DNA of 64,000 bases from Opitutales bacterium (GCA_965197745.1 CBDANS010000007.1:320001-384000), one strand, 5' to 3'. Positions 20,533-30,587 are shown, counted from the first letter of the stretch. A program made the numbers and translations. The notes: generated by a model not told the origin, from the letters alone.

Positions 20533-21906
20533 ATGAAAGCAAAAACCGCTGAAGGATCGAAAACGACTGAGCCATCATCACTGGCGATAAGGGGTGGAGA
20601 AACAGCAGTCAAATCAGATTCTGGGGATAATTTTACCTGGCCAATTATGACACGCGAGGATGAGGAAGCGGCTTTGGATGTTATCAGACGCGGAGCAATG
20701 TCCGAAATCGATGTCACGATAAAATTTGAAGAGGAATTTGCTCGCTGGCAGGGCTGCACTTACGCGTTGGGCTATAACAACGGTACCGGTGCGATCCAGG
20801 CGGCTATGTTCGCCATAAAAATTGGTGTCGGTGATGAAATTATATGCCCAAGCCTCAATTTTTGGGCTTCCGTTATCCAGTGTTACTCCCTAGGCGCCAC
20901 ACCGGTGTTTGCAGAAGTCGATCCCGATACGCTTTGTCTTGATCCCAGTGACATAGAACATCGCATAACCGGTAATACCAAGGCGATTGTCGTAAATCAC
21001 AATTACGGGCACCCGGCTGATATGGATGCTATCATGGATATTGCTAACCGTGGAAATCTCAAGGTTCTCGAAGATGTCTCCCACGCGCATGGGGCACTGC
21101 TTAAAGGTAGAAAAGTGGGATCCTTTGGTCACGTCGCAGCAGCTTCCATGATGAGTAAAAAATCATTAGCCACCGGCGAAGCTGGAATACTATGGACTGA
21201 AGATAGAGAGATTTATGATCGAGCTATAGCCTGGGGCCACTACAATCTTTATTCCCCTAATATCGAGACAGATTATTTAAGAAGCAATTTTGGAATTCCT
21301 CTAGGGGGTATTAAAGGACGAACGCACCAGGTGAGCGCGGCGATGGGAAGAGTGCAATTAAAACACTACGATCAGCGAACCGCGGAGATCCAAAAGGCGA
21401 TTAATTATTTCTGGGATTTACTCGAAGGGGTCCCGGGAATTAAGCCCCACCGCATCTCCAGGGATTCTGGTTGCACTATGGGGGGGTGGTACTGGCCAAG
21501 GGGACATTACCGCTCTGAAGATTTAGAGGGACTTTCTATATCAGCTTTTGCGGATGCCGTTAAAGCTGAAGGCAGTCTATGCGATCCGGGTTGCAATTTG
21601 CCTCTCCACCTCCACCCGGTTTTCAGTGAAGCAGATATTTATGGGCACGGAAAACCCACGCGGAATGCCCATACTACTCGAGAGATTTACCAACCCTGGG
21701 GAAGCCTTCCGGTAAGTGAAGGAATCGGGGAAAGGGTTTTTGGTGTGCCTCGATTTAATTTTTATAAAACAGACTTTATTGAAGAACACGCGGCGGCCTA
21801 CCGCAAGGTGGCAGAAAATTATCGTGATTTACTCACCGATGATAAGGGAAACCCCGGTTATCTCACCCGTTGGGATATTCCAAATCCTAAAGTCTGGTCC
21901 GCTTAA
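20533..21906 (+). CDS. DegT/DnrJ/EryC1/StrS family PLP aminotransferase
   Basis: NNGTGAI, VGDEII, EDVSHAHG, SKKSLATGEAG. Confidence 0.9.
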   Translation: MKAKTAEGSKTTEPSSLAIRGGETAVKSDSGDNFTWPIMTREDEEAALDVIRRGAMSEIDVTIKFEEEFARWQGCTYALGYNNGTGAIQAAMFAIKIGVGDEIICPSLNFWASVIQCYSLGATPVFAEVDPDTLCLDPSDIEHRITGNTKAIVVNHNYGHPADMDAIMDIANRGNLKVLEDVSHAHGALLKGRKVGSFGHVAAASMMSKKSLATGEAGILWTEDREIYDRAIAWGHYNLYSPNIETDYLRSNFGIPLGGIKGRTHQVSAAMGRVQLKHYDQRTAEIQKAINYFWDLLEGVPGIKPHRISRDSGCTMGGWYWPRGHYRSEDLEGLSISAFADAVKAEGSLCDPGCNLPLHLHPVFSEADIYGHGKPTRNAHTTREIYQPWGSLPVSEGIGERVFGVPRFNFYKTDFIEEHAAAYRKVAENYRDLLTDDKGNPGYLTRWDIPNPKVWSA

Positions 21907-21973
21907 GCCCGGTTCCTGTTTAAGATAAGCCCCTAGATCTTTTTAAGATCAAACCTAGGGAGCCCGGAATTTT

Positions 21974-22000
21974 TGAACGTTTTAACCCCTTTTCCGTCTA
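21974..22000 (+). promoter_or_regulatory. Candidate ECF-sigma promoter, copy 1
   Basis: TGAAC-N16-CGTCTA. Confidence 0.5.
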
Positions 22001-22006
22001 TACATT

Positions 22007-22197
22007 GTAACCGTAGAAATTCTTAAAAAATTTGTAATTAAAACGATATAGAGTCCAAGACAGTTCATCACTATTCCAGATATATATTCACTCATTTTTA
22101 TGTTTTCCTCCTGAAAAGGAGTTTTGGGGTAACAGACGTAATTGGATGATAAGACGGGCAGCTTAGGGGTAGGCTGCCCGTTTTCTTTGTTTTTTTT
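22007..22197 (+). ncRNA. Candidate small RNA, copy 1 (5' end approximate)
   Basis: No ORF; CTCCT-GAAA-AGGAG hairpin, TTTTGGGGTAAC motif, terminal 15-bp stem with GGGG loop and T-tract; paralogous to copy 2. Confidence 0.55.
22151..22197 (+). terminator. Rho-independent terminator
   Basis: AAGACGGGCAGCTTA-GGGG-TAGGCTGCCCGTTTT followed by a T-rich tail. Confidence 0.75.
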
Positions 22198-22323
22198 AAT
22201 GTGCCCGTTGCTTTTTAGGGTTTGGACTTAACCTCTGTTTTACTAAATTTTTACAATTAAATAAGTGTTTCTTATGGCACCTGTAGCACTGATAGTATTG
22301 TATCTGATAAGGGTTAAATAACT

Positions 22324-22350
22324 TGAACGTAATCCGACTTAGATAATCTA
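22324..22350 (+). promoter_or_regulatory. Candidate ECF-sigma promoter, copy 2
   Basis: TGAAC-N16-AATCTA, same spacing and TGAACGT heptamer as copy 1. Confidence 0.4.
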
Positions 22351-22356
22351 TTAGTT

Positions 22357-22470
22357 TTGAGTCTATTCACATATCTTTCTCCCTCAGGGGAGTTTTTTGG
22401 GTAACAAAAAAGAATAGTGAAGTAGAAAATAAGCGGCGGGCAGCTTAGGGGTAGGCTGCCCGCCTTATTT
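22357..22470 (+). ncRNA. Candidate small RNA, copy 2 (5' end approximate)
   Basis: CTCCC-TCAG-GGGAG hairpin, TTTTTTGGGTAAC, GGCGGGCAGCTTA-GGGG-TAGGCTGCCCGCC then TTATTT. Confidence 0.55.
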
Positions 22471-22782
22471 GATACCGATATAACCGGTATCGATGGACAA
22501 ACCGGGAGATTCTGTGGCGTGGGTTAAATTCCCTTATTGGATCAAGTTGCTGGTGGATAATAGCTTGAGCCCATAAGACACCAACCGTTAGGGGACCGGT
22601 GGCGCTAAATCGAAGGGGATTTAGATAAAGAGAAGTCGTGACATTATTTTTATTTGCCTCTTCGTCTTCGTCAAAGATGAGTCTATGACAACTCTTGGTA
22701 TACATTTTTTAGGACGTAGAGGCAGACCCGTCTTCGCCAGTAGTCTACGACGTGGCAAGCGAAGACGAAGAGTTAATGTCAA

Positions 22783-25332
22783 TTATTCCTCCTCACGCAG
22801 GATGATTAAAGGTGGATGACTGGCAATACCGCGACTGTTGAAGAGCCCGGTAAGGAGTGTCAGCAGAGAGACGGTAATCACGGCTACCGGTAAACTTATC
22901 CAAACGACATCATAGGGAATTTTAAAAACAAAACGAGCGAGGGCCCAGGTGGCAATAAGAGACAGGACTGAACCTGCAATGCCGGACAGGGTGCCAAGCA
23001 GGAGATATTCAATTGTAATGATTCCACGAATAAGTCCGCTCGATGCACCTAAAGTCCGCAGCAGGACACTTTCACGAACGCGCTGGTAACGACTGGTTAT
23101 AATTGCCCCCGCCAACACCACTAATCCTGTGGCTATGGTAAAGGTTGCTATGAAGCGGATGACAAAAGCGACTCGATTCAGAATTGAAGTGACGGTTTCA
23201 ATTACCAGTGACAAGTCAATAGCTGAGACATTAGGAAATGTGGTAACTATTACTTCCTGTAAGCTGGCAGTAGCAATACGATTCGGCACCTTAGTGACGA
23301 TAGCGTAAAATGTTGGCGCTTCTTCTAATATACTGGTGGGGAAAACCACGTAAAAATTAGTCCGCATTTTCTGCCAATCCACTTCCCGTATACTCTCTAT
23401 CCGGGTCTCAATAGGGATTCCTTGCACGTCAAAGAGAATATTGTCACCCCGTTTTACTTCCAGTGACTTGGCAATACTTTGTTCGATGGATACCGGTATT
23501 GGTATTCTATCGTCCCAGTCTCCAATCAGCTTACCTTCGGTGATTTTTTCTGTGTCAATAAGATGGTTGCGGTAGGTAGAGCGGTATTCCCTATTTAAAG
23601 CCCAGCTTTCTGTTTTCGACTGCGGATCTGATTTTATTTCCGGAACTGAGCGGCCATTGATTTTAACGAGGCGCATAGTCACGATAGGCACCGTTTCGAT
23701 AATCGTATAACCCGCTTTTTCGATTATGGAAGTAACGCCTTTAATTTGATCGGGCTGTATGTCAAAGAGTACCATGTTTGGTTGGTCTCCGGCGTCTGAG
23801 AGCGCGACTTGCCGCAGTAACATTCCCTGGCAAAGATAGAGTGTGTAAATGAGAAATGCTCCCATCCCAAGGGTAACGACAAGAAATACGGTCCGATTAT
23901 TGGGGCGATATAGGTTAGAGAGACCCTGCCTCCAGATATAGGGCCACGTTTTAGGGAAATAGCGACGCATTATCCAGCGCAGACCTACGGCGAGTGCACT
24001 CAGGAGAAATAAACTGCCGGCTATTCCACCCGCGAAACCCAGGGCGTAACGGAGTTCGCTCGTTTGGGAAAAGCAGAATCCCAGGGTAATAAATGCGATG
24101 ATAGATGAAATTATCCAAATCCAGGGATCACGTCTTAAGAGGTGAGCGTTTTCGAAAGCCACACGCAAGGCATGGAGGGGAGTAATCCTGCGTACCGATA
24201 ATAGAGGGATGAAGGCAAAGAGCAGAGATATGAGCAATCCGAATGCGACGCTGAAAAACACACTCCACAAAGATATGAATACATCTACTTCGAATGGAAG
24301 AAATGAGCGAAGAACCCAAGGGAGGAAAAACTGCACGGTCACCCCAAGCACAGCGCCGAGTGCCGACCCGATAAATCCTACAACAATGATCTGTATAAGA
24401 TAGACGCCGAAAGCCTGACTTATTTTACAGCCCAGACATCGTAACACGGCAACGGTGTTTAGTTTCTCCTGCAAATAAATTTGAACCGCGCCCGCGACAC
24501 CCATGCCACCGAGTAAAAGCGCGACGAAACCGACTAGATTGAGAAAGTCATAGAGGTTGTCCATAACCTCACCAATGTTTCGTTTGCGCTTTTCTACCGT
24601 ATCATAGCCCAGGCGTTCTTCAGCAAAGATTCCTTTATCTGCTTTTTCTAAAATTGCGGTATCGATCTCTTGAGGAAGTTTAAAATAGATTTTATATCTG
24701 GCTATACTTCCCGTTTTTATAAGATCCGAGGCATCGAGCCACTTTTTGGAGAAAAAGATACGCGGGGCATAAATACCGGCTACACCGTTTTCACCGGAAA
24801 TGCGTTGCAGACCACCGACAATTTCAAATTCTAACCCTCCCAGAATTAACGAGTCACCGGGATGCACCCGGTAATGGGTCATCAGGCTTTTTTCTACAAG
24901 GGCTATAGGTCTATTCGGGGTAAGGAAATCTATAGCATTCGGTTCGGTTTCAATCTCACCGTAAAAAGGAAATGTTCCCTCTAATGCCCTGGCTTGTATT
25001 AAACGCGTTTTTCCCTGCCGGGGAAAATAAGCCATGGTTCGAAATCGGACTTCACGCGATTGTTCTCCTCCCAGAGAGGAAAAATATGATTCCGCCTTAT
25101 CCGAAAATGGACGTCTTCCAGAAATGGCTAAATCGGCGCCTAAAAGACTGCGTGAATGGAGTTCAATTGCCACTTCGAGATTATGCCGAAACGAGCTTAT
25201 TGCTACTAAAGCACCGATCCCGAAAACAATACAGAAAGTAAAGAGAAGTAATTTACGGCGATGGCCCTGACTGTCTCTCCAGGCCATGATCACCATCCAT
25301 CTCAATTCGTGGGCAGGGATTTTTATTCTCAT
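22783..25332 (-). CDS. ybbP: FtsX-like ABC transporter permease (YbbP-type)
   Basis: LLGADL, FPFYG, AVLRCLG, LFDIQPDQ, LNREYRSTY, LRTLGAS; synteny with ybbA/tesA. Confidence 0.85.
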   Translation of the reverse strand: MRIKIPAHELRWMVIMAWRDSQGHRRKLLLFTFCIVFGIGALVAISSFRHNLEVAIELHSRSLLGADLAISGRRPFSDKAESYFSSLGGEQSREVRFRTMAYFPRQGKTRLIQARALEGTFPFYGEIETEPNAIDFLTPNRPIALVEKSLMTHYRVHPGDSLILGGLEFEIVGGLQRISGENGVAGIYAPRIFFSKKWLDASDLIKTGSIARYKIYFKLPQEIDTAILEKADKGIFAEERLGYDTVEKRKRNIGEVMDNLYDFLNLVGFVALLLGGMGVAGAVQIYLQEKLNTVAVLRCLGCKISQAFGVYLIQIIVVGFIGSALGAVLGVTVQFFLPWVLRSFLPFEVDVFISLWSVFFSVAFGLLISLLFAFIPLLSVRRITPLHALRVAFENAHLLRRDPWIWIISSIIAFITLGFCFSQTSELRYALGFAGGIAGSLFLLSALAVGLRWIMRRYFPKTWPYIWRQGLSNLYRPNNRTVFLVVTLGMGAFLIYTLYLCQGMLLRQVALSDAGDQPNMVLFDIQPDQIKGVTSIIEKAGYTIIETVPIVTMRLVKINGRSVPEIKSDPQSKTESWALNREYRSTYRNHLIDTEKITEGKLIGDWDDRIPIPVSIEQSIAKSLEVKRGDNILFDVQGIPIETRIESIREVDWQKMRTNFYVVFPTSILEEAPTFYAIVTKVPNRIATASLQEVIVTTFPNVSAIDLSLVIETVTSILNRVAFVIRFIATFTIATGLVVLAGAIITSRYQRVRESVLLRTLGASSGLIRGIITIEYLLLGTLSGIAGSVLSLIATWALARFVFKIPYDVVWISLPVAVITVSLLTLLTGLFNSRGIASHPPLIILREEE

Positions 25333-25349
25333 TGAGACGTTTTTAAATA

Positions 25350-26051
25350 TTATAGCCCATTATCAACTAGCTGGCCATTGTCTATGCGCAGTATGCGTTT
25401 GTTGCGGGCAGCTAATTTAAGGTTGTGGGTGACCAAAACGAGGGTGGTCCCCGAGGCTTTATTGAGAGAGAAAAGTAATTCGGTCACATGCAGGCTGGTT
25501 TCACTGTCAAGGTTTCCTGTCGGTTCATCGACGAATAAAATTTTCGGATCATTGATAAAGGCACGGGCGAGAGAGACGCGTTGTTGCTCACCCCCTGACA
25601 ACTGGACCGGATAATGATCAGCGCGTTCAATTAGACCTACTTCATCAAGTAACTCATGGGCGCGTGTAAATGATTTTAAATTACCGCGAAGTTCGAGGGG
25701 AACCATGATGTTTTCTAATGCTGTCAGCGTGGGAATGAGTTGAAAATTTTGAAAGACAAACCCCACATTTTCATTGCGGAAAAGCGCGCGCTCATCTTCG
25801 TTCAGGGTTTCCAATTCAATTCCGTTGATCATAACTGACCCACTTGTGGGTTCATCAAGACCGGCACAAAGCCCGAGCAGTGTTGTCTTCCCGCTTCCTG
25901 AAGGGCCCACAATAGCAATGGATGAACCCGGCATCACACTGAAGTTAATGTCCTTCAGAACAATTAAAGGGTGACCACCACTTTGAAATACTTTGCTCAG
26001 GGATTTTACCCTGAGAATGGATTGTGGTTGTGGGGAATCAGTTTCAGGCAT
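25350..26051 (-). CDS. ybbA: ABC transporter ATP-binding protein (YbbA/LolD-type)
   Basis: GPSGSGKTT, LSGGEQQR, DEPTGNLD. Confidence 0.88.
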   Translation of the reverse strand: MPETDSPQPQSILRVKSLSKVFQSGGHPLIVLKDINFSVMPGSSIAIVGPSGSGKTTLLGLCAGLDEPTSGSVMINGIELETLNEDERALFRNENVGFVFQNFQLIPTLTALENIMVPLELRGNLKSFTRAHELLDEVGLIERADHYPVQLSGGEQQRVSLARAFINDPKILFVDEPTGNLDSETSLHVTELLFSLNKASGTTLVLVTHNLKLAARNKRILRIDNGQLVDNGL

Positions 26052-26186
26052 ATATAGAAATTACTCTTCCATAAGAGCACAGCGTGCTTTGAGATGTTGC
26101 AACAAAGTTACACTTAGATTAAAATGGCCAATCGTAAATATTGTAATTCCATAGAGAATTTGATTCAGCATCCATCTTCCTCTTAA

Positions 26187-26819
26187 ATGAAACTTAATCG
26201 CAAATCTTATTTTTTCTGTCATTTTTTGCTGTGCTTTTACGCCGCCAATGCATCCCTTCTGTTTGGCGATACTCCCACTATCCTCTTTTTCGGGGACAGC
26301 CTGACTGCCGGTTATGGCCTGGAGCCAGATGAAGCTTACCCCGCACGCATTCAAGAGAAAATTGAAAAGGAAGGTTTAAATTTCAAGGCTGTCAACGGTG
26401 GATTGAGCGGTGAAACAAGTGCCGGGGGCCTGCGGCGTATTCAATGGATGCTTAGAAGACCCATCGCTATTCTCATCCTTGCTCTCGGATCCAATGATGG
26501 CCTGCGCGGACTCGATCCGATGAATACGCGACAAAACCTTCAGGCCATCATGGACCAAACGAGGCAGGTAAACCCTCATGCGGTGTTCCTCATTGCGGGG
26601 TTAAAGGCGCCCCCAAATATGGGCAGCGACTATTCAGAAATGTTTGACCGTATTTTTCACGATCTGGCAAAGATTAATAATTCGGTATTAATCCCTTTCT
26701 TACTCGAAGATGTCGCGGGTATTCCCAGTTTAAACCAGGCAGATGGCATTCACCCAAATAGTGAGGGCCATCATATTATTGCCGATAACGTATGGAAATA
26801 TCTAAGACCTGTTCTCTAA
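26187..26819 (+). CDS. tesA: GDSL arylesterase / acyl-CoA thioesterase I
   Basis: GDSLTAGYG, GSNDGLRG, DGIHP; divergent from ybbA. Confidence 0.9.
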   Translation: MKLNRKSYFFCHFLLCFYAANASLLFGDTPTILFFGDSLTAGYGLEPDEAYPARIQEKIEKEGLNFKAVNGGLSGETSAGGLRRIQWMLRRPIAILILALGSNDGLRGLDPMNTRQNLQAIMDQTRQVNPHAVFLIAGLKAPPNMGSDYSEMFDRIFHDLAKINNSVLIPFLLEDVAGIPSLNQADGIHPNSEGHHIIADNVWKYLRPVL

Positions 26820-26899
26820 ATACAGGGCAATGGCGACCGTAATTCTTATTAAATGATTTACGATAACTGGATAATAATTTTTATTTCTATTAATCCAGT

Positions 26900-27613
26900 A
26901 TGAATAAGACGGAGACAGATTTACTAAGTGACGACGCTGTTAAGCAGTATTTTCGTGACGGGTTTCTCGTCGTTAAAAACCTCTATAGCGAAAATGAAAT
27001 GCAAACCTGGAAAAATAAATTAATGGCAATCTTAAAAGAAGAAGGTTCGATTAATAATACTTCCGGGGTGCGTGTTTTTTTTATGCATGATATACATTCT
27101 TACTTTAAGGATAAGATGGGCGATCCGAAAGTTGTCTCCATATTGCGCCAAATTATAGGACCCCAGATTGAGTTCCTAAGCGTAAAGGCAGTTTTCAAAA
27201 ATAATAAGACAAAATTTAACTCTCCCTGGCATCAGGATTGGTATTATTGGAAAGGCGCAAATAAGACATCGGTATGGATTGCCCTGGACGACGCTATTCC
27301 TGAAAACGGATGTCTGAAAATGATCCCATGCAGTCATAAAAAACTTTTTCCGTGGAACACTATCAAGAGTAGTAACCTCTTTAGCCATCGCACAGAGGAA
27401 GATGAAATTAAAGACCTGCCATTCCAGACTTTGGCTCTTAAACGGGGAGGTGCTGTTTTTTTTCACGATAGGACCTTGCACAGCTCTTATCCCAATTCCA
27501 GTGGTGCTGACCGCTATTCTTTTATCTCGACATACCGTGACGCTTCTATCAAAGACGAATCATCGGTATGGGATTCTGCCATGGTGGTAAGCGGTGATAG
27601 TGTGAATGGTTAA
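26900..27613 (+). CDS. Phytanoyl-CoA dioxygenase (PhyH) family Fe/2OG oxygenase
   Basis: WHQD, VWIALDD..ENGCL..IPCSH, LHSS..N. Confidence 0.9.
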   Translation: MNKTETDLLSDDAVKQYFRDGFLVVKNLYSENEMQTWKNKLMAILKEEGSINNTSGVRVFFMHDIHSYFKDKMGDPKVVSILRQIIGPQIEFLSVKAVFKNNKTKFNSPWHQDWYYWKGANKTSVWIALDDAIPENGCLKMIPCSHKKLFPWNTIKSSNLFSHRTEEDEIKDLPFQTLALKRGGAVFFHDRTLHSSYPNSSGADRYSFISTYRDASIKDESSVWDSAMVVSGDSVNG

Positions 27614-27618
27614 CATAA

Positions 27619-28806
27619 ATGGATACAGGTGTGGGCGATAAATCCAGTGTAAAAGAAGTGGGAGTCGGAATCATTGGCTGTGGGTCCCGTATTCAAAAGA
27701 TTTTTACCCAAGTACATAGTAAGCATCCGGAGATTAAATTGCTTGCCTTGAACGATCCCCATCAAGGGTCAATTGACTCTACCCGTGGGGCCTTTAATTC
27801 CGACGCTCAGGTAATTCAAGATTATCATCAGTTGGTAACCATTCCTGAAATAGAATGGGTCCTTATTGGCTCTTGGAATCGTTTTCATTGTGATCACGCA
27901 GTGGCCGCGCTTGAAGCCGGAAAACATGTGTTTTGCGAAAAACCTCTGGCCATAACATTGGAGCAATGCCTGAAAATGAGAGATACCTGGAAACAGAGCT
28001 CATGTCAGTTTTCAATTGGATTTGTTTTACGCTATTCGCCATTTTACCAGAATGTATTCAGGCTCATCCAAGAAGGTGCTATTGGAAAAATTGTATCTTT
28101 TGAATTTAATGAGACGATAGATTTCAATTTAGCTACTTTAATTCACGGAGGGTGGCGAAGACATCGGGAGAATGCCGGCACCTTCATTCTCGAAAAATGT
28201 TGTCATGATCTCGATCTCGCCAATTGGTTTACCGGCAGTTTGCCGGTGCGCGTCGCCAGTTTCGGCGGGCAGGATATTTTTCGGCCTGAAAACGATTACC
28301 TCGTCAAAAAAACAGGCCATGACTTGGATGGGCGACAAGCTTACACGCGAAAAGCAGGAGTAAATGACATTGCAGTTGAAAATCCCTTTACCACGGGAAA
28401 AAGCATAGTTGATAACCAGGTCGTTATCCTCGAATACGCAAACGGGGTGCGTGGCACCTTTCATACCAATTGCCAGGCGGGTATCCTGGAGCGCCGCTTT
28501 TATATCCTGGGCACGGAAGGCGCCATTCGTGCGGATATCATAAGCGGCCGTCTTGAAACTCAGCGTGTAGGATTTAACAAGGAGCGTGAAGTTATAGAAT
28601 ACCCCCACATGGAAGGCCATTATGGCGCCGATCAATACCTGGCGGAATGCGTTTCTCAATCTATATTAAATGGAGACAAGCCCATGGCTGGCATTGAAGA
28701 GGGTATTAATTCAGCTGTCGCGGCATTTGCCATTGATCAGGCTTTAGATGAAGGGTGTATCGTCGACTTATCATCACTTTGGGAAAAGGTGGGCCATAAG
28801 CTTTAA
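27619..28806 (+). CDS. Gfo/Idh/MocA family oxidoreductase
   Basis: GIIGCG, AGKHVFCEKP, LEKCCHDLD. Confidence 0.9.
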   Translation: MDTGVGDKSSVKEVGVGIIGCGSRIQKIFTQVHSKHPEIKLLALNDPHQGSIDSTRGAFNSDAQVIQDYHQLVTIPEIEWVLIGSWNRFHCDHAVAALEAGKHVFCEKPLAITLEQCLKMRDTWKQSSCQFSIGFVLRYSPFYQNVFRLIQEGAIGKIVSFEFNETIDFNLATLIHGGWRRHRENAGTFILEKCCHDLDLANWFTGSLPVRVASFGGQDIFRPENDYLVKKTGHDLDGRQAYTRKAGVNDIAVENPFTTGKSIVDNQVVILEYANGVRGTFHTNCQAGILERRFYILGTEGAIRADIISGRLETQRVGFNKEREVIEYPHMEGHYGADQYLAECVSQSILNGDKPMAGIEEGINSAVAAFAIDQALDEGCIVDLSSLWEKVGHKL

Positions 28807-28963
28807 GCCATTTGCTTCAGGCTATGGGGTGGGAGAAAGTTTGTAGAATTCATAAATTGAACGCTTCCTCATAAATGGCTGCATTATCCTAATCTCACAG
28901 CGGAATATCATGATGGAGATTGAATTGACAGATACATCATCGTTTAAGTTATTTTAAAACCCT

Positions 28964-30553
28964 ATGTCCCAAGATAAACAATATGTACTTATTAATGGTG
29001 AATGGCGCCAGTCCGCAGCCACTGAATATTTCCAAGCGAGTAACCCCGCGAAGAAGGAAAAAATCTCCGAACAATTCCCAGTCAGCCCGTGGCCGGAAAT
29101 AGAAGATGCGATAAACGCCAGCGCACAGGCATTTGCGCAACTGCGTGATTTTTCTCCCGAGGACATTGCCAGATTTCTCGAGAACTACGCAGATCGCATC
29201 GAGGCGAGAACCGATGAGATTGTCGCTAAAGCTGCCGAAGAAACAGGGTTGCCGCCTGAGCCTAGACTGAAGGGAATTGAGTTGCCCCGAACGACTAATC
29301 AGCTGCGCATGGCTGCCGTCGCGGCTCGCGACCGATCATGGAGTCAACCGACAATCGATTCTAATAATAATTTGCGTTCCATGTATCGGGCGATTGGCCC
29401 GGTGATTGTTTTCGGCCCCAATAATTTTCCCTTAGCTTTTAATGGTGTCTCGGGCGGAGATTTTGCCGCGGCCATCGCCGCAGGCAACCCGGTTATCGCT
29501 AAGGCCAATACTTCGCATCCCGGAACAACGAGGCCATTAGCCGAAGAAGCCCTGGGGGCAATTGAGGAAACAGGCATGCCATCCTCATTGATCCAACTTA
29601 TTTACCGCACGGACCATGAGGATGGTAAGCGGATGGTCTCCCATCCGCTTGTCGGCGCCACGGGTTATACCGGTTCACGAAAAGCCGGGCTCGCTTTAAA
29701 AGAAGGTGCGGACAAGGCGGGGAAACCTATATATCTCGAGTTGAGCAGTATCAACCCGGTGGTGATATTGCCCGGCGCTTTGAAAGAACGCGCTGGCGAA
29801 TTGGCTGATGAATTCGTGGGCTCAGTCTTGATGGGTGCCGGTCAATTCTGCACCAATCCGGGACTCGTTATTCTCCTCGAGGATGAAAACACGCAAGGAT
29901 TTATCAGCGATATCAGTAAGCGCTTCGAGGATGCACCCGTCGGTACGCTACTCGGCGAAGGGGTAGAAAATGCGCTTGTAGAAAGCATTCATGAGATTAG
30001 TGACGGAGCGGGTGCGAAGCTTTTGACAGGTGGTAGTCCGGGTAGTGGCACGGGTTATAGTTGTCAGAACACGTTGATGATGGTGGACGGATCAAAATTT
30101 ATCGAGGCCCCTGAAGATTTTCAGAAAGAAGCTTTTGGCAATGCCAGTCTTCTCGTGGTCACCTCCGGAAATGATGAGCTGAATAAAGTCCTCCTCTCCC
30201 TCGAGGGCAACCTCACCGGTTGTGTCTACAGTCATAATGGAGGTGAGGACGATGAACTCTATAAAATGGTTGAACCCGTATTGCGCAGTAAAGTAGGGCG
30301 CCTTCTTAATGATAAAATGCCCACCGGGGTTCTTGTTTCACCCGCTATGAATCATGGCGGTCCATTTCCCGCTACCGGGCACCCGGGCTTTACCGCCGTT
30401 GGGATACCAGCGTCCCTCGGTCGTTTTTCAGCCCTCCACTGTTATGACAAGGTGCGTCATGACCGTCTCCCTCCAGAGTTACAGAATAAAAATCCTACGG
30501 GTCAATTAATGCGGTCAATAGATGGTCAAGTGACTGCGAATGACGTAAGCTGA
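28964..30553 (+). CDS. NADP-dependent aldehyde dehydrogenase, alpha-ketoglutaric semialdehyde dehydrogenase type
   Basis: FGPNNFPLAF..GGDFAAA, ELSSINPV, GQFCTNPG, PTGV..SPAMNHGGPFPAT. Confidence 0.88.
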   Translation: MSQDKQYVLINGEWRQSAATEYFQASNPAKKEKISEQFPVSPWPEIEDAINASAQAFAQLRDFSPEDIARFLENYADRIEARTDEIVAKAAEETGLPPEPRLKGIELPRTTNQLRMAAVAARDRSWSQPTIDSNNNLRSMYRAIGPVIVFGPNNFPLAFNGVSGGDFAAAIAAGNPVIAKANTSHPGTTRPLAEEALGAIEETGMPSSLIQLIYRTDHEDGKRMVSHPLVGATGYTGSRKAGLALKEGADKAGKPIYLELSSINPVVILPGALKERAGELADEFVGSVLMGAGQFCTNPGLVILLEDENTQGFISDISKRFEDAPVGTLLGEGVENALVESIHEISDGAGAKLLTGGSPGSGTGYSCQNTLMMVDGSKFIEAPEDFQKEAFGNASLLVVTSGNDELNKVLLSLEGNLTGCVYSHNGGEDDELYKMVEPVLRSKVGRLLNDKMPTGVLVSPAMNHGGPFPATGHPGFTAVGIPASLGRFSALHCYDKVRHDRLPPELQNKNPTGQLMRSIDGQVTANDVS

Positions 30554-30587
30554 ATTTTTTGGCGAACAAATCGCAATCGTCGATAGA

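Noticed and set aside
22274..22290. TGGCAC as a sigma54 promoter
   Set aside because: No GC at the required GG-N10-GC spacing
22100..22470. CRISPR interpretation of the repeated 26-bp hairpin
   Set aside because: Only two copies about 280 bp apart, no regular spacers, no cas genes
22445..22705. 86-aa minus-strand ORF
   Set aside because: No recognisable motif; overlaps repeats and the candidate sRNA hairpin
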